Position numbers and translations under genes: made by a program. From an uncultured delta proteobacterium (GTDB taxonomy: Bacteria; Desulfobacterota; Binatia; UBA9968), in the NCBI GenBank assembly GCA_963840855.1, contig CAWJBB010000035.1:1-49546 (forward strand): a stretch of DNA of 49,546 nucleotides. The letters are read 5' to 3'. Under the pieces are notes generated by a model. That model saw only the letters and a list, made by a program, of their open reading frames with translations, was not told the DNA's origin and searched no databases. How positions within the stretch are numbered: the first letter of the stretch is position 1; each line of letters begins with the position of its first letter. Positions 1 to 10,242 of this stretch are shown piece by piece.

Positions 1-2
1 AA

Positions 3-1166
3 ATCTTTTGCCCGCGCTGCCTGAAGCGCTTCGGGCTACCAGAGTTGCTGAACCTGTGCCCTTGCGGCTCGCCTCTAATGGTCCGCTACGATCTCGAGAA
101 AGCGAAAACCGCATTCGTCAGATCTTCCCTCGAAGCTCGAGTCGCTTCGCTCTGGCGCTACCGCGAGCTTTTACCGCTGCAGAATGACGCCAATCTTATT
201 TCCTTGGGAGAAGGCTTTACGCCGATTTTGGACGCTAAGACACTCGGCGGTGAGCTAGGTTTACGTCGGCTTTGGATCAAAGACGAAGCGCAAAACCCGA
301 CCGGCTCGTTTAAGGATAGGGGTCTTTCGCTGGCGATCTCCCGGGCGAAAGAGCTAGGCGTAAAAAAAGCCGCCATTCCATCTGCCGGAAACGCCGGCGG
401 CTCTTTTGCGGCTTATGCGGCGCGCGCGGGCATAGAAGCCCATGTGTTCATGCCGCGCGATACTCCGATGGCCAATCAAATCGAAGTAGCGCAGTACGGC
501 GCCAGGCTGACGTTGGTAGATGGCCTGATTAATGAGTGCGGCCGGATTATCGCCGAGAAGAAAGTCACTGAAGGCTGGTTTGATGTCTCAACGCTGAAAG
601 AGCCCTATCGGATCGAAGGCAAGAAAACCATGGGATACGAGATCGCCGAACAACTCAATTGGCGCCTCCCGGATGTCATCATCTATCCCACCGGCGGCGG
701 CACGGGTCTCATCGCCATGTGGAAGGCATTCGGAGAGCTCGAAGAACTGGGCTGGATCGACGGCGCGCGACCGCGCATGGTATCGGTTCAAGCCAGCGGC
801 TGCGCGCCCATCGTCAAAGCGTTCGACGAAAACAAGGCGACAGCGGAGCCCTGGCAAAACGCGCACACCGTCGCCTCAGGTTTGCGCGTGCCCCAGGCGG
901 TCGGTGATTTCTTAATGTTGCAGACCATCCGCGATAGCCACGGCACGGCATTGAGCGTTAGCGATGATGAGATGCTTGTGGAAATTTCCCGAGTGGGAAA
1001 AGCAGAGGGTATTTTTTTCTGCCCCGAAGGCGCGGCTTGCGTCGCAGCGCTGCGCCGTCTGGTTGATAATGGATGGATCAAATCGGATGACGAGGTTCTG
1101 ATGTTCAACACCGCGAGCGGTCTAAAGTATCTGGATGTTATCCAGCGAGACCGCCAAAAAATTTAA
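3..1166 (+). CDS. thrC: Threonine synthase (5' end outside window)
   Basis: PLP motif NPTGSFKDRG, SAGNAG, EGKKTMGYE, PTGGGTG; frame is open back to the window edge (IFCPRC...CPCG). Confidence 0.9.
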   Translation: MFCPRCLKRFGLPELLNLCPCGSPLMVRYDLEKAKTAFVRSSLEARVASLWRYRELLPLQNDANLISLGEGFTPILDAKTLGGELGLRRLWIKDEAQNPTGSFKDRGLSLAISRAKELGVKKAAIPSAGNAGGSFAAYAARAGIEAHVFMPRDTPMANQIEVAQYGARLTLVDGLINECGRIIAEKKVTEGWFDVSTLKEPYRIEGKKTMGYEIAEQLNWRLPDVIIYPTGGGTGLIAMWKAFGELEELGWIDGARPRMVSVQASGCAPIVKAFDENKATAEPWQNAHTVASGLRVPQAVGDFLMLQTIRDSHGTALSVSDDEMLVEISRVGKAEGIFFCPEGAACVAALRRLVDNGWIKSDDEVLMFNTASGLKYLDVIQRDRQKI

Positions 1167-1219
1167 TTCGAACGTCGACCGTGAATGCCACGGCAGAACG
1201 GTTAGCCCCGAAAGCCAGA

Positions 1220-2582
1220 CTAGGCCGCCACCTTCAGCGACTCGGCTGCGTGCTCCCCCGCTCTCATGCCCAGACCGAGAGAAGCCAGTAACCCGTTGCC
1301 GGGTAGGTAGCCTTCCAAACCCTTGCCGGATACACCGACAGCGGCGCCACCACCGGCATACAGATTGGGGATGATGGAGCCATCGGGGCGAAGGACTTGG
1401 CCGTCCGGGCTTACTTTGAGCCCCCCTTGAGTATGGTACAGCGCGACTGTGACCTTGATTCCGTAAAATGGGGAACTGAAAGGTACCGGCAGTGTGCGCC
1501 CAAAAGCGTCTTTGCCGCCGCTCGCCGCGCTCGTTGTAGTCTTGGATGGTCTGCTTCAGGCCGCCGGCATCGATTCCCAATCTGCCTGCGAGCTCCTCCG
1601 CGGTCTGCGCCTTTTTCAAAATCCCCGAGTCGAACAAGCTTGCCAGATTTCTTAGTCCCGAGATGTTTGAGTGCAGTTGGTAGATACGCTCGTCGAATAT
1701 TTCGTACGCTTGCTTGCCCGGAAGGTCGAGCATCTTTGTACCAAGGCCGCCCGGATATTTAGTCTCGTCAACGAAGCGCTTTCCGCCAAGGTCGACCATG
1801 ATGCCGCCGGATAAAGCAACCTCGGGAGATACCGCGCGCTTTCCCGGACCAATGTAGGCGGGGTATGGTTGGAAGGCACCCATGTTTTCTGTCGCTGCTC
1901 CCGCCGCCAAACCCATTTTGATTCCATCCCCGGTGCTGCCAAAGTGACCTGGAAAGGGGATGTCTACAGCTTTGGGTATATACTGCGACAACAGCTCCCG
2001 GCTTGCCCCGAATCCGCCGGAGGCCAGGATGACCTTACGACTTGTGAGGATCTTTTCGTCGGTCACCACGCCTGTCACTGCCCCGCTCGCCTCCTGACTG
2101 AGAGACAACACCGGCGTCGTGAAGCACACCTGGATGTTCCTTTCGCGTTCAACTGCCTCGAAGAGGAAGTCCGTTATGTTTTTTTCCGCCTTCCATGAGT
2201 GAGACCGCTGGGCGCTGTGGCCAAAGGCAAACTCGCCGAGTTTGAATTCGATGCCAGCCGCATCGGCCAAGAAATCAGCCACTCGCGCGGACATTTCCGT
2301 CAAGCGTCTGGTGAGAGCGACATCGCTCTCATTATTGTTCCTACGCAGGATATCCTCGGCATACAGCTCCGGACTGTCCTCGATTTTCGCCTCGCGCTGG
2401 CATCGACTTCCAGCAGCCCGGATGCCCCTGGAAGAGAAAGCCGTGCCACCTCCGGGCTTGTCCGTCTTTTCAAGGAGCAGGACGCGTGCCCCCTTCTTGG
2501 CAGCCACCAGCGCAGCCATGAGGCCGCACCCCCCGGCACCGACGACAATGATATCACTCACCGCCGAGTCCAAGTTCTGCAT
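1220..2582 (-). pseudogene. FAD-dependent oxidoreductase (flavocytochrome c/fumarate reductase flavoprotein family), frameshifted near 1532
   Basis: GAGGCG FAD motif, STGDGI; family C-terminus (HTQGGLKV...IPNLYAGG...YLPGNGL) lies in another frame ending at TAG 1220-1222. Confidence 0.8.
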
Positions 2583-2836
2583 CGCACCTCCAAAGGGTAC
2601 TGCTCATTGATAAATGAAAGTTGTCCTGAAACTTACCCATAAGAACACGGCTTTGGATTAGGGACTAGAGAATATTTGATAACCGGTTGTCATTGCAACT
2701 TGAAGCTAACTCGCAGCTGGACTAATGTTGGGACGACTCACGTACTAGTGGCAGGCGATCTGTTGGACCACACGGCATGCACCGTTCGAACGTTTTGAAC
2801 GAATTGAACGTTTGGAACGATTAGGGGGAATTATTT

Positions 2837-3913
2837 ATGTCAGACGTTGAACCTCGTGGGGCAGTTCATTGGATCGATCACTTCGTGGTCGGAACCAACG
2901 ATATGGGCGCCTGGGCCGACTGGGCGGTTAATGCCACAGGCATTACTCGAAGACCGCTCATAGGACTCACAACTGCGGCGCGGAAAAGGAACATAAAGAT
3001 AACCTGTTTTTTATGGTGGGAGGGTGGATCATGCCGCATCGGCGCGTTCCTTCAGCCTGAGATCTACCCGCCGGCAAAAGCTCTGGGCGAGGATCTGCCG
3101 CGCTGCGGTTTTTATATCCGCCCGCAAGACATAGACGCGCACCTGCGCAGGCTCGATCAACACAAAATTCCGCACACCGACCCGGTAAAGACAGCCGCCG
3201 ACGGTGACGAAGGCACCGTCATCTATCTCGCCGATCCGGACGGCAACCAGTATGAGTTCTGGGCGCCCGTGCATATGCCCGATGGCGCCATGGAGATCTC
3301 GACCTCCGAAAAAGTCGGCCGTATCAGTCACGCGGTTTACGGCGCCCGTGACCTGGGAAAAACTGCGGCTTTCTTCGAAAAATATTGCGGCATCCAACCG
3401 GCGCAAAATTCTATGACTGCCGAGGGAACCCTCGTACTGCGACTGAGAGCGGGCGCCCGGCTGGTCTACAAGCTGGTTGACCGGGTCGACGAACGCGTTT
3501 CCGGCCATGGAACCTGGTGGGACATGCACACGGCGCTGACGGTTCGCGCAGAAGAGTTCCTGCCCAACTACCGGCGCATGTGGGAAGGAATTCCCGAAGA
3601 AGCGGGTTACAAGGCGGACCTGAATCTTTCCCTGGAACAACAGGAGGCGCTTCCAGCGCGCACGGGTTTGCATCGCAGTCCCGTGGGCCTCAGGTGGAAA
3701 GAGATCTGTGCGCGCGGCGATGAGTTCTACGACTGGGACTGTCACTCTTTTCACTTCATGGGTGGCAAACCGCTCAAGAATGACGGCTCACTGGCGTTAT
3801 ACGAGGCCATAGAACAGGAAGAATATTTGCGCGAGCTGGCTGAGTCTTTGAATAAGGGCGCGCAGCCGGGGCTAATGCAAGGGCTCGGCAAGGAAAACCC
3901 TTTTAAACCGTGA
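2837..3913 (+). CDS. Two-domain VOC/glyoxalase-family protein
   Basis: IDHFVV, YLADPDGNQYEF, ISHAVY, FYDWDCHSFHF motifs; upstream RBS. Confidence 0.75.
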   Translation: MSDVEPRGAVHWIDHFVVGTNDMGAWADWAVNATGITRRPLIGLTTAARKRNIKITCFLWWEGGSCRIGAFLQPEIYPPAKALGEDLPRCGFYIRPQDIDAHLRRLDQHKIPHTDPVKTAADGDEGTVIYLADPDGNQYEFWAPVHMPDGAMEISTSEKVGRISHAVYGARDLGKTAAFFEKYCGIQPAQNSMTAEGTLVLRLRAGARLVYKLVDRVDERVSGHGTWWDMHTALTVRAEEFLPNYRRMWEGIPEEAGYKADLNLSLEQQEALPARTGLHRSPVGLRWKEICARGDEFYDWDCHSFHFMGGKPLKNDGSLALYEAIEQEEYLRELAESLNKGAQPGLMQGLGKENPFKP

Positions 3914-3961
3914 CGTCCTTTGTGAACGACTGGAACAGGAGACTCCAACGGCGGTAAAAAC

Positions 3962-4957
3962 ATGATACCGAGAGTTCTCCTGCCGTTGCTTTTTCTTTTG
4001 GGGTGTTCGGTAGTCGCGCATGGCGAAGAGGTGAAACTGGGCCGTCTAAACATAGCGTACGCATCAGCCACGCCCCGAACTGCGTACCTATGGATTGCCA
4101 AGGAGAATAAACTTTTTGAAAAATATGGCTTGAATGTGAATCTCGTCTCTATACGAGGCAGCGCCACCACGATGCAAACCCTCGTCGGCGGAGATATCGA
4201 CGTCATTTACGTGACTGGAGCCGCCGCGGTCACTGCGGCTGGGAGAGGCGCTCCCGTCGTGATCATAGCTACTTCCGGACACAACGATTACAAGATGCTC
4301 GCGCACTCCTCGATCGCTTCACTGCAACAGCTCAAGGGAAAAACGATCGGCATCAGCAACCCGGCCGGCAGCGATTATTTCGCGCTGCGGCGCATGCTGC
4401 CAAAACTTGGGCTAGTTCCAGGTAAAGACGTTTCTTTTCTTACGACGGGAATCCAGAGTTCCATCGAGAAAGTGTTGCTGATACTCGAGGGAAGGATTCA
4501 CGCTACGCTTGGCAGCTCCGATACCGTGGCGCTTTATGAATTGAAAGGCCAGAAGCTGAGCGTCTTGGCCGATGCCGTGGAAAACGGCGTTTACGTGACG
4601 AGCGGTGATATCGCAACGAAACGGCAATTCTTGAAAGAGAATCCGGCGAGACTGAAGGCGTTCTTGAAGGCCATGATAGAAGGGATGTGGGTGGCAAAGA
4701 GAAATCAAGCGGTTTTCGGCGCGGTGTTGCGGAAGTATTTGAAGATCGAAGATACGAGACTTGTGGAGGTTATGCACAAGAACAATGCTTTGGATTATCC
4801 CAGTAAACCCTATCCTTCCGAAGAATCAATAAAACAAGCGATTGAAGATATAAACGCCGCGAACCCGGAGCTCAAGGTGACTGACCGGGAGTTTACCGAT
4901 ACTGCGTTGCTGAAAGAAATTGAAAAAGAGGGTTTCTTTACAACGATCCAACGTTAG
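3962..4957 (+). CDS. ABC substrate-binding protein, SsuA/NMT1-like
   Basis: Signal peptide; LFEKYGLNV, LKGKTIGIS. Confidence 0.85.
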   Translation: MIPRVLLPLLFLLGCSVVAHGEEVKLGRLNIAYASATPRTAYLWIAKENKLFEKYGLNVNLVSIRGSATTMQTLVGGDIDVIYVTGAAAVTAAGRGAPVVIIATSGHNDYKMLAHSSIASLQQLKGKTIGISNPAGSDYFALRRMLPKLGLVPGKDVSFLTTGIQSSIEKVLLILEGRIHATLGSSDTVALYELKGQKLSVLADAVENGVYVTSGDIATKRQFLKENPARLKAFLKAMIEGMWVAKRNQAVFGAVLRKYLKIEDTRLVEVMHKNNALDYPSKPYPSEESIKQAIEDINAANPELKVTDREFTDTALLKEIEKEGFFTTIQR

Positions 4958-5111
4958 AGATTGCGTCATAGATGGAGATCGCCAGTCATTGCCGGTAACC
5001 GAGCCGATCGTCGCGTAGCCGGGTGAATTGCTCGCGCGCGGATTTTGCCAAAGCTTGAGTAGGCAAATGTTTTGATCATAAAGTCAAAAAAATTTTCGCA
5101 AAGGAGAACTT

Positions 5112-6155
5112 ATGCTAGACGGTAAATTGAGAATTGCTCCGACCTGTTATCATGTGCTTCATCTGCTGCCGGTGATGGCGGCCCACGAGATGAATTTTTT
5201 CTACGACGCCGGTCTCAAGACCGCCGATGGGTCGCTTGGGTATCAGGTCCTGCGCGACGCGATGGTGCCGTTTGGCCTGGAGAAATTGGGCATCTCCCAA
5301 GCGATGAAAGAGAAGTCCATCGACATTGCCTTGGATGTCCAGTCGCGCACCGTATTTTTTCAACGATCGCGGGGCGCGGATGTTTACATCATCGCAGGAT
5401 GGCGAAACCAGCACACCGTCGCATGGGTCGGCCCGCCGCATATCAAGTCGCTTAAGGATCTCAAGGGCAAGCGCGTCGGCATCAGCGATTTCAATAGCCT
5501 GCGCCACTGGGGAATACAGATCCAGTTGGGCAAGGCCGGACTGGATATCGAGCGGGATGTAGAGTTCGTGAGAATCGGCGTCTCGGAACATCTCCACGAG
5601 GAGGCCCTCAAGAACGGCAAGGTAGAATGCGCCCCGGTATCCGTACGGACGTCGGAATCTCTGAAGAAGGAGGGCTGCAATGTCCTCGCCGTGCCGAGGG
5701 ATCAGTACCCGAATGGCTTCCCACAGCGGATAATCGCGGCTACCGGACGTATACTCGAGGAGCGCCCGGATCTGGTCAAGAACTTTCTCAAAGGCCTGAT
5801 TCGCTCCTATTGGTTCGTGCGCGATATGCCGAAGAATTTCGAGTTTCTCTATAATCTCGACAAGCGGCTTCGGTTGGGAACCGCGGATCCTGAAGAACGG
5901 ATCCACAACCCGCGCCGCTATACGATACCGTTCTTAGAGTCGCAGCCGTTTCCGCTCGACGGACTGGCAAGCGGATTCGAGGACATGCTGCGGGACGAAA
6001 AACTGATCGGCGGCCTGGAGTACGACGTGCCTGCTATCACGAACGTGTGCGCTCAGGATCTGGTCGCGGAGGCCTATAAGGAGCTTAGAGGCCAAAAAGA
6101 ACTGGAACCGGAGTATCAGCGAGTTCATGCGATAGCAGAACGCTATGGCTACTAA
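5112..6155 (+). CDS. SsuA/NMT1-fold protein without signal peptide
   Basis: IKSLKDLKGKRVGIS, AGLDIERDVEFV; AGGAG RBS. Confidence 0.8.
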   Translation: MLDGKLRIAPTCYHVLHLLPVMAAHEMNFFYDAGLKTADGSLGYQVLRDAMVPFGLEKLGISQAMKEKSIDIALDVQSRTVFFQRSRGADVYIIAGWRNQHTVAWVGPPHIKSLKDLKGKRVGISDFNSLRHWGIQIQLGKAGLDIERDVEFVRIGVSEHLHEEALKNGKVECAPVSVRTSESLKKEGCNVLAVPRDQYPNGFPQRIIAATGRILEERPDLVKNFLKGLIRSYWFVRDMPKNFEFLYNLDKRLRLGTADPEERIHNPRRYTIPFLESQPFPLDGLASGFEDMLRDEKLIGGLEYDVPAITNVCAQDLVAEAYKELRGQKELEPEYQRVHAIAERYGY

Positions 6156-6249
6156 AATGAGAAGCGATGTCAGCGCCCGGCAACGCGACGCGCTGCGCCG
6201 ACACGCTGAACCTGGCGTAGCGCGGCCTTTGGAATCGTTGGCGCAGCGA

Positions 6250-6353
6250 ACCTCCGGAACAAAGCTTGAGACGAACGTGGACAAATATGTCGACGAAAAA
6301 CTGCTCGACGAGTTGGAACGAGAGGGATTATTTAAAAAGATCAGCGGAAAAGG
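6250..6353 (+). pseudogene. C-terminal remnant of an SsuA-like binding protein
   Basis: NVDKYVDEKLLDELEREGLFKKI resembles the end of 3962..4957 (FTDTALLKEIEKEGFF). Confidence 0.45.
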
Positions 6354-6393
6354 TAAAGAGCTTTCGGCTAGCTTCGCCTCTGGGGAGGCCGTA

Positions 6394-8556
6394 ATGTCGA
6401 AAAGAGTATCTGAACGCATGCGCAAATTGGTGACGGCGGGGTTTGCGGTCGTCGCGGGAATTCTGGTCTGTTCCGCGCCGCTGCATGCGCGCGTCACCAA
6501 AATCGTCGTTGACGAAAAGATCTCGCCGGCTTTCTGCAAAGGCGCCTCGTGCGCCTCTTACGGCGACGCCGGGCAATACGAGCAGATCGTCGGCCGCGCA
6601 TTCGGCGAGCTCGATCCGGGCGATCCGCTCAACAAAATCATTCAGGACATCGAACTCGGCAAAGACCCAGACGGCAAGGTGCGGTACGTCGCCACTTTCG
6701 TCCTAACCAAGCCGGTGGACATGGCAAAAGCCAGCAGCCTGATGTGGCATGACGTGCCCAATCGCGGCAGACCGCTCACCCTCAGCAACATGGAGCGCGG
6801 CTTCGGCGACGTGGGTTTGGCGAGCGCATGGCAGGGCGACAACGCGAGCATGAGCGCCGGACTCGGCACCGCCGTGCGCCCGACGATGAACGTTGGCGGC
6901 AATCACTGGCTGCAGGTCCCGGTCGCCAAAAATCCTGACGGCTCGCCGGTCACCGGCGCGATTCTCGGCAGGATCGTCAACCGCTCCGGCCCCGGCGCGC
7001 AGCCGTTAATCGTGCAGACCAATCCTTTGCCCTATATGCCGGCGAGCATGGATACGTCGAAAGCGACTCTCGTCACGCGCGATCACGAAACGATGGAAGG
7101 TGTCGTCACCGGTGAGACCCCGATCGCAGCCGCCGACTGGAAATTCTGCGGCGGCGGCACATTTGATGCGCCGGTGACGCTGACGACACTGCCGGTGCAG
7201 ATCTGTTTGAAAGGCGGCTTCAATCCGGCGAAGTTGTACCAAGTCGTGTACACCGCAAAAGATCCGCACATCCTCGGCATCGGGTTCGCCGCGTGGCGCG
7301 ATGTCGCCTCGTTCTTCAAGTATGCGGACAAGGACGATGCCGGCACCGCGAATCCGCTCGCGGGGCGCATCAAGCACAGCATCGCGCGCGGCCGTTCGCA
7401 GTCCGGCAATTACCTGCGCGGCTGGCTGCATCTCGGATTCAACCAGGATGAAGCGAAGCGTCGGGTGCACGACGGCATGTGGCCCATCATCGCGGGTCGC
7501 CGCATCGCGCTCAATATCCGCTGGGCGCAGCCCGACGGCGCGCTAGCGCTCTACCAGGCCGGCAGCGAAGGGCCGCAGTGGTGGGTGCCGTGGCCCGACG
7601 AGACGCGCGGTCTGCCGGCGCGTAGCATACTCGACCGCTGCAACGCGACCAGCACCTGCCCGAAAATCATCGAACATTTCGGCTCCGCGGAAATCTGGGG
7701 GCTGAAGCTCGGCCCCGAGTGGGTGGGCACGAATGCGAAGGAAGACATCCCGCTGCCCGACAATGTGCGCCGTTATTACATCGGCAGCACTATGCACGGC
7801 GGCGGAGTAGGCGGCTTCGACACGAGCCTGCCCACAATCGCGCTGGCGGCGAAGCCCGCCCAATGCGAAGGCAATAACGCCGGTATCGGCGCGCTGCCCC
7901 CCAATCCGATGCCGCACACCGAGACGGTCAACGCGCTGACGGTGCACTTTCGCGACTGGGTGATGCACGATACGCCGCCGCCCGCGAGCCGCTATCCGAC
8001 ATTGCGCGAGCACCAACTCGTCGAAGCCAACAAGACCGCGCTGGGTTTCCCGACGCTGCCCGGCTTGCGCGCGACCGCGCCGGAGCCGGGCTTCATCAAT
8101 CCGGGCCTCGATTACGATTGGGGCCCCGGCTTCGATCCGAACGACGTGTCGGGGGTGCCAGGCAACGCGGTGCCGCCCATCAAGCGGGTCATCAAGATGC
8201 TGGTGCCGAAAGTCGACGCCGACGGTAATGAAATCGGCGGCGTGCCGGTCGTGCTGCGCGACGCGCCACTTGGCACCTACCTCGGCTGGAACATCATCGC
8301 CGACGGCGCGCGGCCGTATCACAAGGGCAAGCTGTGCGGCAATGCCGGCAGCATCATCCCTTTTGCAAAAACAAAAGTCGAACGCATGGCCAATAGCGAC
8401 CCGCGGCTGTCACTGGAAGAGCGTTATGCCGATCATGCGGGTTACGTCGCGGCGGTCAGAAAAGCCGCGGCCAATGCAGTCGCACAGAAGTTTCTCTTGC
8501 AGAAGGATGCTGATGCGCTGATTACCGCGGCGGATGCGAGTAATGTTTTGAAGTAG
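6394..8556 (+). CDS. Secreted alpha/beta-hydrolase domain protein
   Basis: GGAGG RBS before ATG 6394, signal peptide, GRSQSG nucleophile elbow, VDADGNEIGG, DPRLSLEERY. Confidence 0.8.
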   Translation: MSKRVSERMRKLVTAGFAVVAGILVCSAPLHARVTKIVVDEKISPAFCKGASCASYGDAGQYEQIVGRAFGELDPGDPLNKIIQDIELGKDPDGKVRYVATFVLTKPVDMAKASSLMWHDVPNRGRPLTLSNMERGFGDVGLASAWQGDNASMSAGLGTAVRPTMNVGGNHWLQVPVAKNPDGSPVTGAILGRIVNRSGPGAQPLIVQTNPLPYMPASMDTSKATLVTRDHETMEGVVTGETPIAAADWKFCGGGTFDAPVTLTTLPVQICLKGGFNPAKLYQVVYTAKDPHILGIGFAAWRDVASFFKYADKDDAGTANPLAGRIKHSIARGRSQSGNYLRGWLHLGFNQDEAKRRVHDGMWPIIAGRRIALNIRWAQPDGALALYQAGSEGPQWWVPWPDETRGLPARSILDRCNATSTCPKIIEHFGSAEIWGLKLGPEWVGTNAKEDIPLPDNVRRYYIGSTMHGGGVGGFDTSLPTIALAAKPAQCEGNNAGIGALPPNPMPHTETVNALTVHFRDWVMHDTPPPASRYPTLREHQLVEANKTALGFPTLPGLRATAPEPGFINPGLDYDWGPGFDPNDVSGVPGNAVPPIKRVIKMLVPKVDADGNEIGGVPVVLRDAPLGTYLGWNIIADGARPYHKGKLCGNAGSIIPFAKTKVERMANSDPRLSLEERYADHAGYVAAVRKAAANAVAQKFLLQKDADALITAADASNVLK

Positions 8557-8566
8557 GCATAGCTGG

Positions 8567-8781
8567 GCGGCAACAGCCAAAGAAAACGAAGCGGGTTCAA
8601 TGGCGCGGACCCGATAGTGATTCGCCCACGAGTTTGCGCGCCGCGAGTCCCATCACCGCCGTGATTAGAATGAGCATCACACCGATAGCCGCCGCCTCCG
8701 GAATCCGGCCTGCCTGCCAGTAAATCCATATCCACACGGCAAGCACCTCGTTGTTTTCACTGGCAAGGACCAAAGGCACGG
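8567..8781 (-). repeat. Copy A of ABC permease 3' end plus downstream DNA (matches about 43485..43702)
   Basis: Near-identical sequence encoding VPLVLASENNEV...SGPRH. Confidence 0.95.
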
Positions 8782-9155
8782 TAAGGAACCCCGGGTCGGA
8801 CCTGTGCAACGTATTGATTAAACGATAAAACGGCCGTCTGCGCGGCGAACAAGCCGCAGCATCACCACACTGTCACAGATAAAGATGTGACCCTAACAGT
8901 AGGATTGGATGCCATAACTAATTGTTTCATCACCGGCAGCGCTTTTAGATTTGACATAAGACTATTTTATCGGATATTTTCTGGGCCGATTCTCAATCCG
9001 CAGCCACTCCATTATCATTGGTCCGTGCATCAGGGTCTTAGAGGTTAACACACACGCCCAAGGAGGGGACTTATGAGGTCCCGATCCCTACATCGCAAAA
9101 ACAAATTTCTATCATTTCGCCGTTTTCCTGCTCCCTCCCGCTGAAAGGAGGCTCT

Positions 9156-10127
9156 ATGCCCGCCCGCAAACTCACCAGACAGGATCTCCGCGCAGCTGCG
9201 GAAAAATACAAAAACTGGGGCAAGTGGGGTCCCAACGACGAAATCGGCACGCTCAATTACACGCGACCCGAAGACATCGTCGCGGCGGCGCGGCTGGTTA
9301 AAAAGGGAAAGGTAATTTCGCTTGCGCTCAACTTTGATAACAACGGCCCGCAGGGCGCGAAGAGCAAGTACCCGGCGATGGGGCGCATCAATCCCGTGCA
9401 CACGATGCTGCGCACCGGCACGGATGCCTATTCGGGTGTGCTTGATCACCGAGGTATTCGCGCCGCCGACGACATGGTGGTCATGCCCCTGCAGTGCGGC
9501 ACGCAATGGGACGGACTCGGCCACGTTTTCTACGAGAACACCATGTGGAACGGCTACGACTGCCGCGAAGTCACGTCGAACGGCGCGCAGAAATGCGGCA
9601 TCGAGAAGACCAAGAACAGGATGGTGGGCCGCGGCGTGTTTCTCGACGTGGCGCGCGCTCTTGGCAAGGAAATCCTCGAGGACGGCTACGCTATCACCTG
9701 CGCTGATCTCGACCGCAGTGCTAAGACGCACGGCGTCGAGGTGAAGCGCGGCGACTACGTCATCGTGCGCACCGGGCAGATGGAAGCGAAGCTCAAAGCT
9801 GGGAGCTGGGACGGGTATCCCGGGGACGATGCGCCGGGGTTCGCCTTCGAGACGCTGGAATGGATCAACCGCACCAAGCTTGCAGCGCTCGCGAGCGACA
9901 CCTGGGGCTGCGAGGTACGGCCGAACGAGACCGAGCCAGGCATCAACCAGCCCTGGCACTGGATCACGATCCCGATCATGGGAATGACCATGGGCGAGAT
10001 CTTTTACGTGAAGGATCTTGCTGAGGACTGCGCCGCTGACAAAGTGTACGAATTCCTGTTCGTCGCGCCGGCGATCCCCATTACCGGTGCGGTGGGGTCG
10101 CCGACCAATCCACTGGCCATCAAGTGA
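9156..10127 (+). CDS. Cyclase family (kynurenine formamidase-like) metal hydrolase
   Basis: NWGKWGPNDEIGTLN, QCGTQWDGLGH, GAVGSPTNPLAI. Confidence 0.9.
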   Translation: MPARKLTRQDLRAAAEKYKNWGKWGPNDEIGTLNYTRPEDIVAAARLVKKGKVISLALNFDNNGPQGAKSKYPAMGRINPVHTMLRTGTDAYSGVLDHRGIRAADDMVVMPLQCGTQWDGLGHVFYENTMWNGYDCREVTSNGAQKCGIEKTKNRMVGRGVFLDVARALGKEILEDGYAITCADLDRSAKTHGVEVKRGDYVIVRTGQMEAKLKAGSWDGYPGDDAPGFAFETLEWINRTKLAALASDTWGCEVRPNETEPGINQPWHWITIPIMGMTMGEIFYVKDLAEDCAADKVYEFLFVAPAIPITGAVGSPTNPLAIK

Positions 10128-10142
10128 CCGAGCGAAAGCGCG

Positions 10143-10223
10143 GTCATCCCGAGCGCAGCGAGGGATCTCCTACGAGACGCTGTGCCGACAGAGATCCCTC
10201 GTCGCTGCGCTCCTCGGGATGAC
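10143..10223. repeat. REP-like intergenic palindrome
   Basis: GTCATCCCGAG...AGGGATCTC pairs with GAGATCCCT...CTCGGGATGAC. Confidence 0.8.
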
Positions 10224-10242
10224 AACTGGAAGGCAAAACGAA

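Noticed and set aside
6145-6393. Long N-terminal extension of the hydrolase (and likewise 10018 start for the ThDP enzyme)
   Set aside because: Better starts lie downstream; the extensions cross a gene remnant or a REP element
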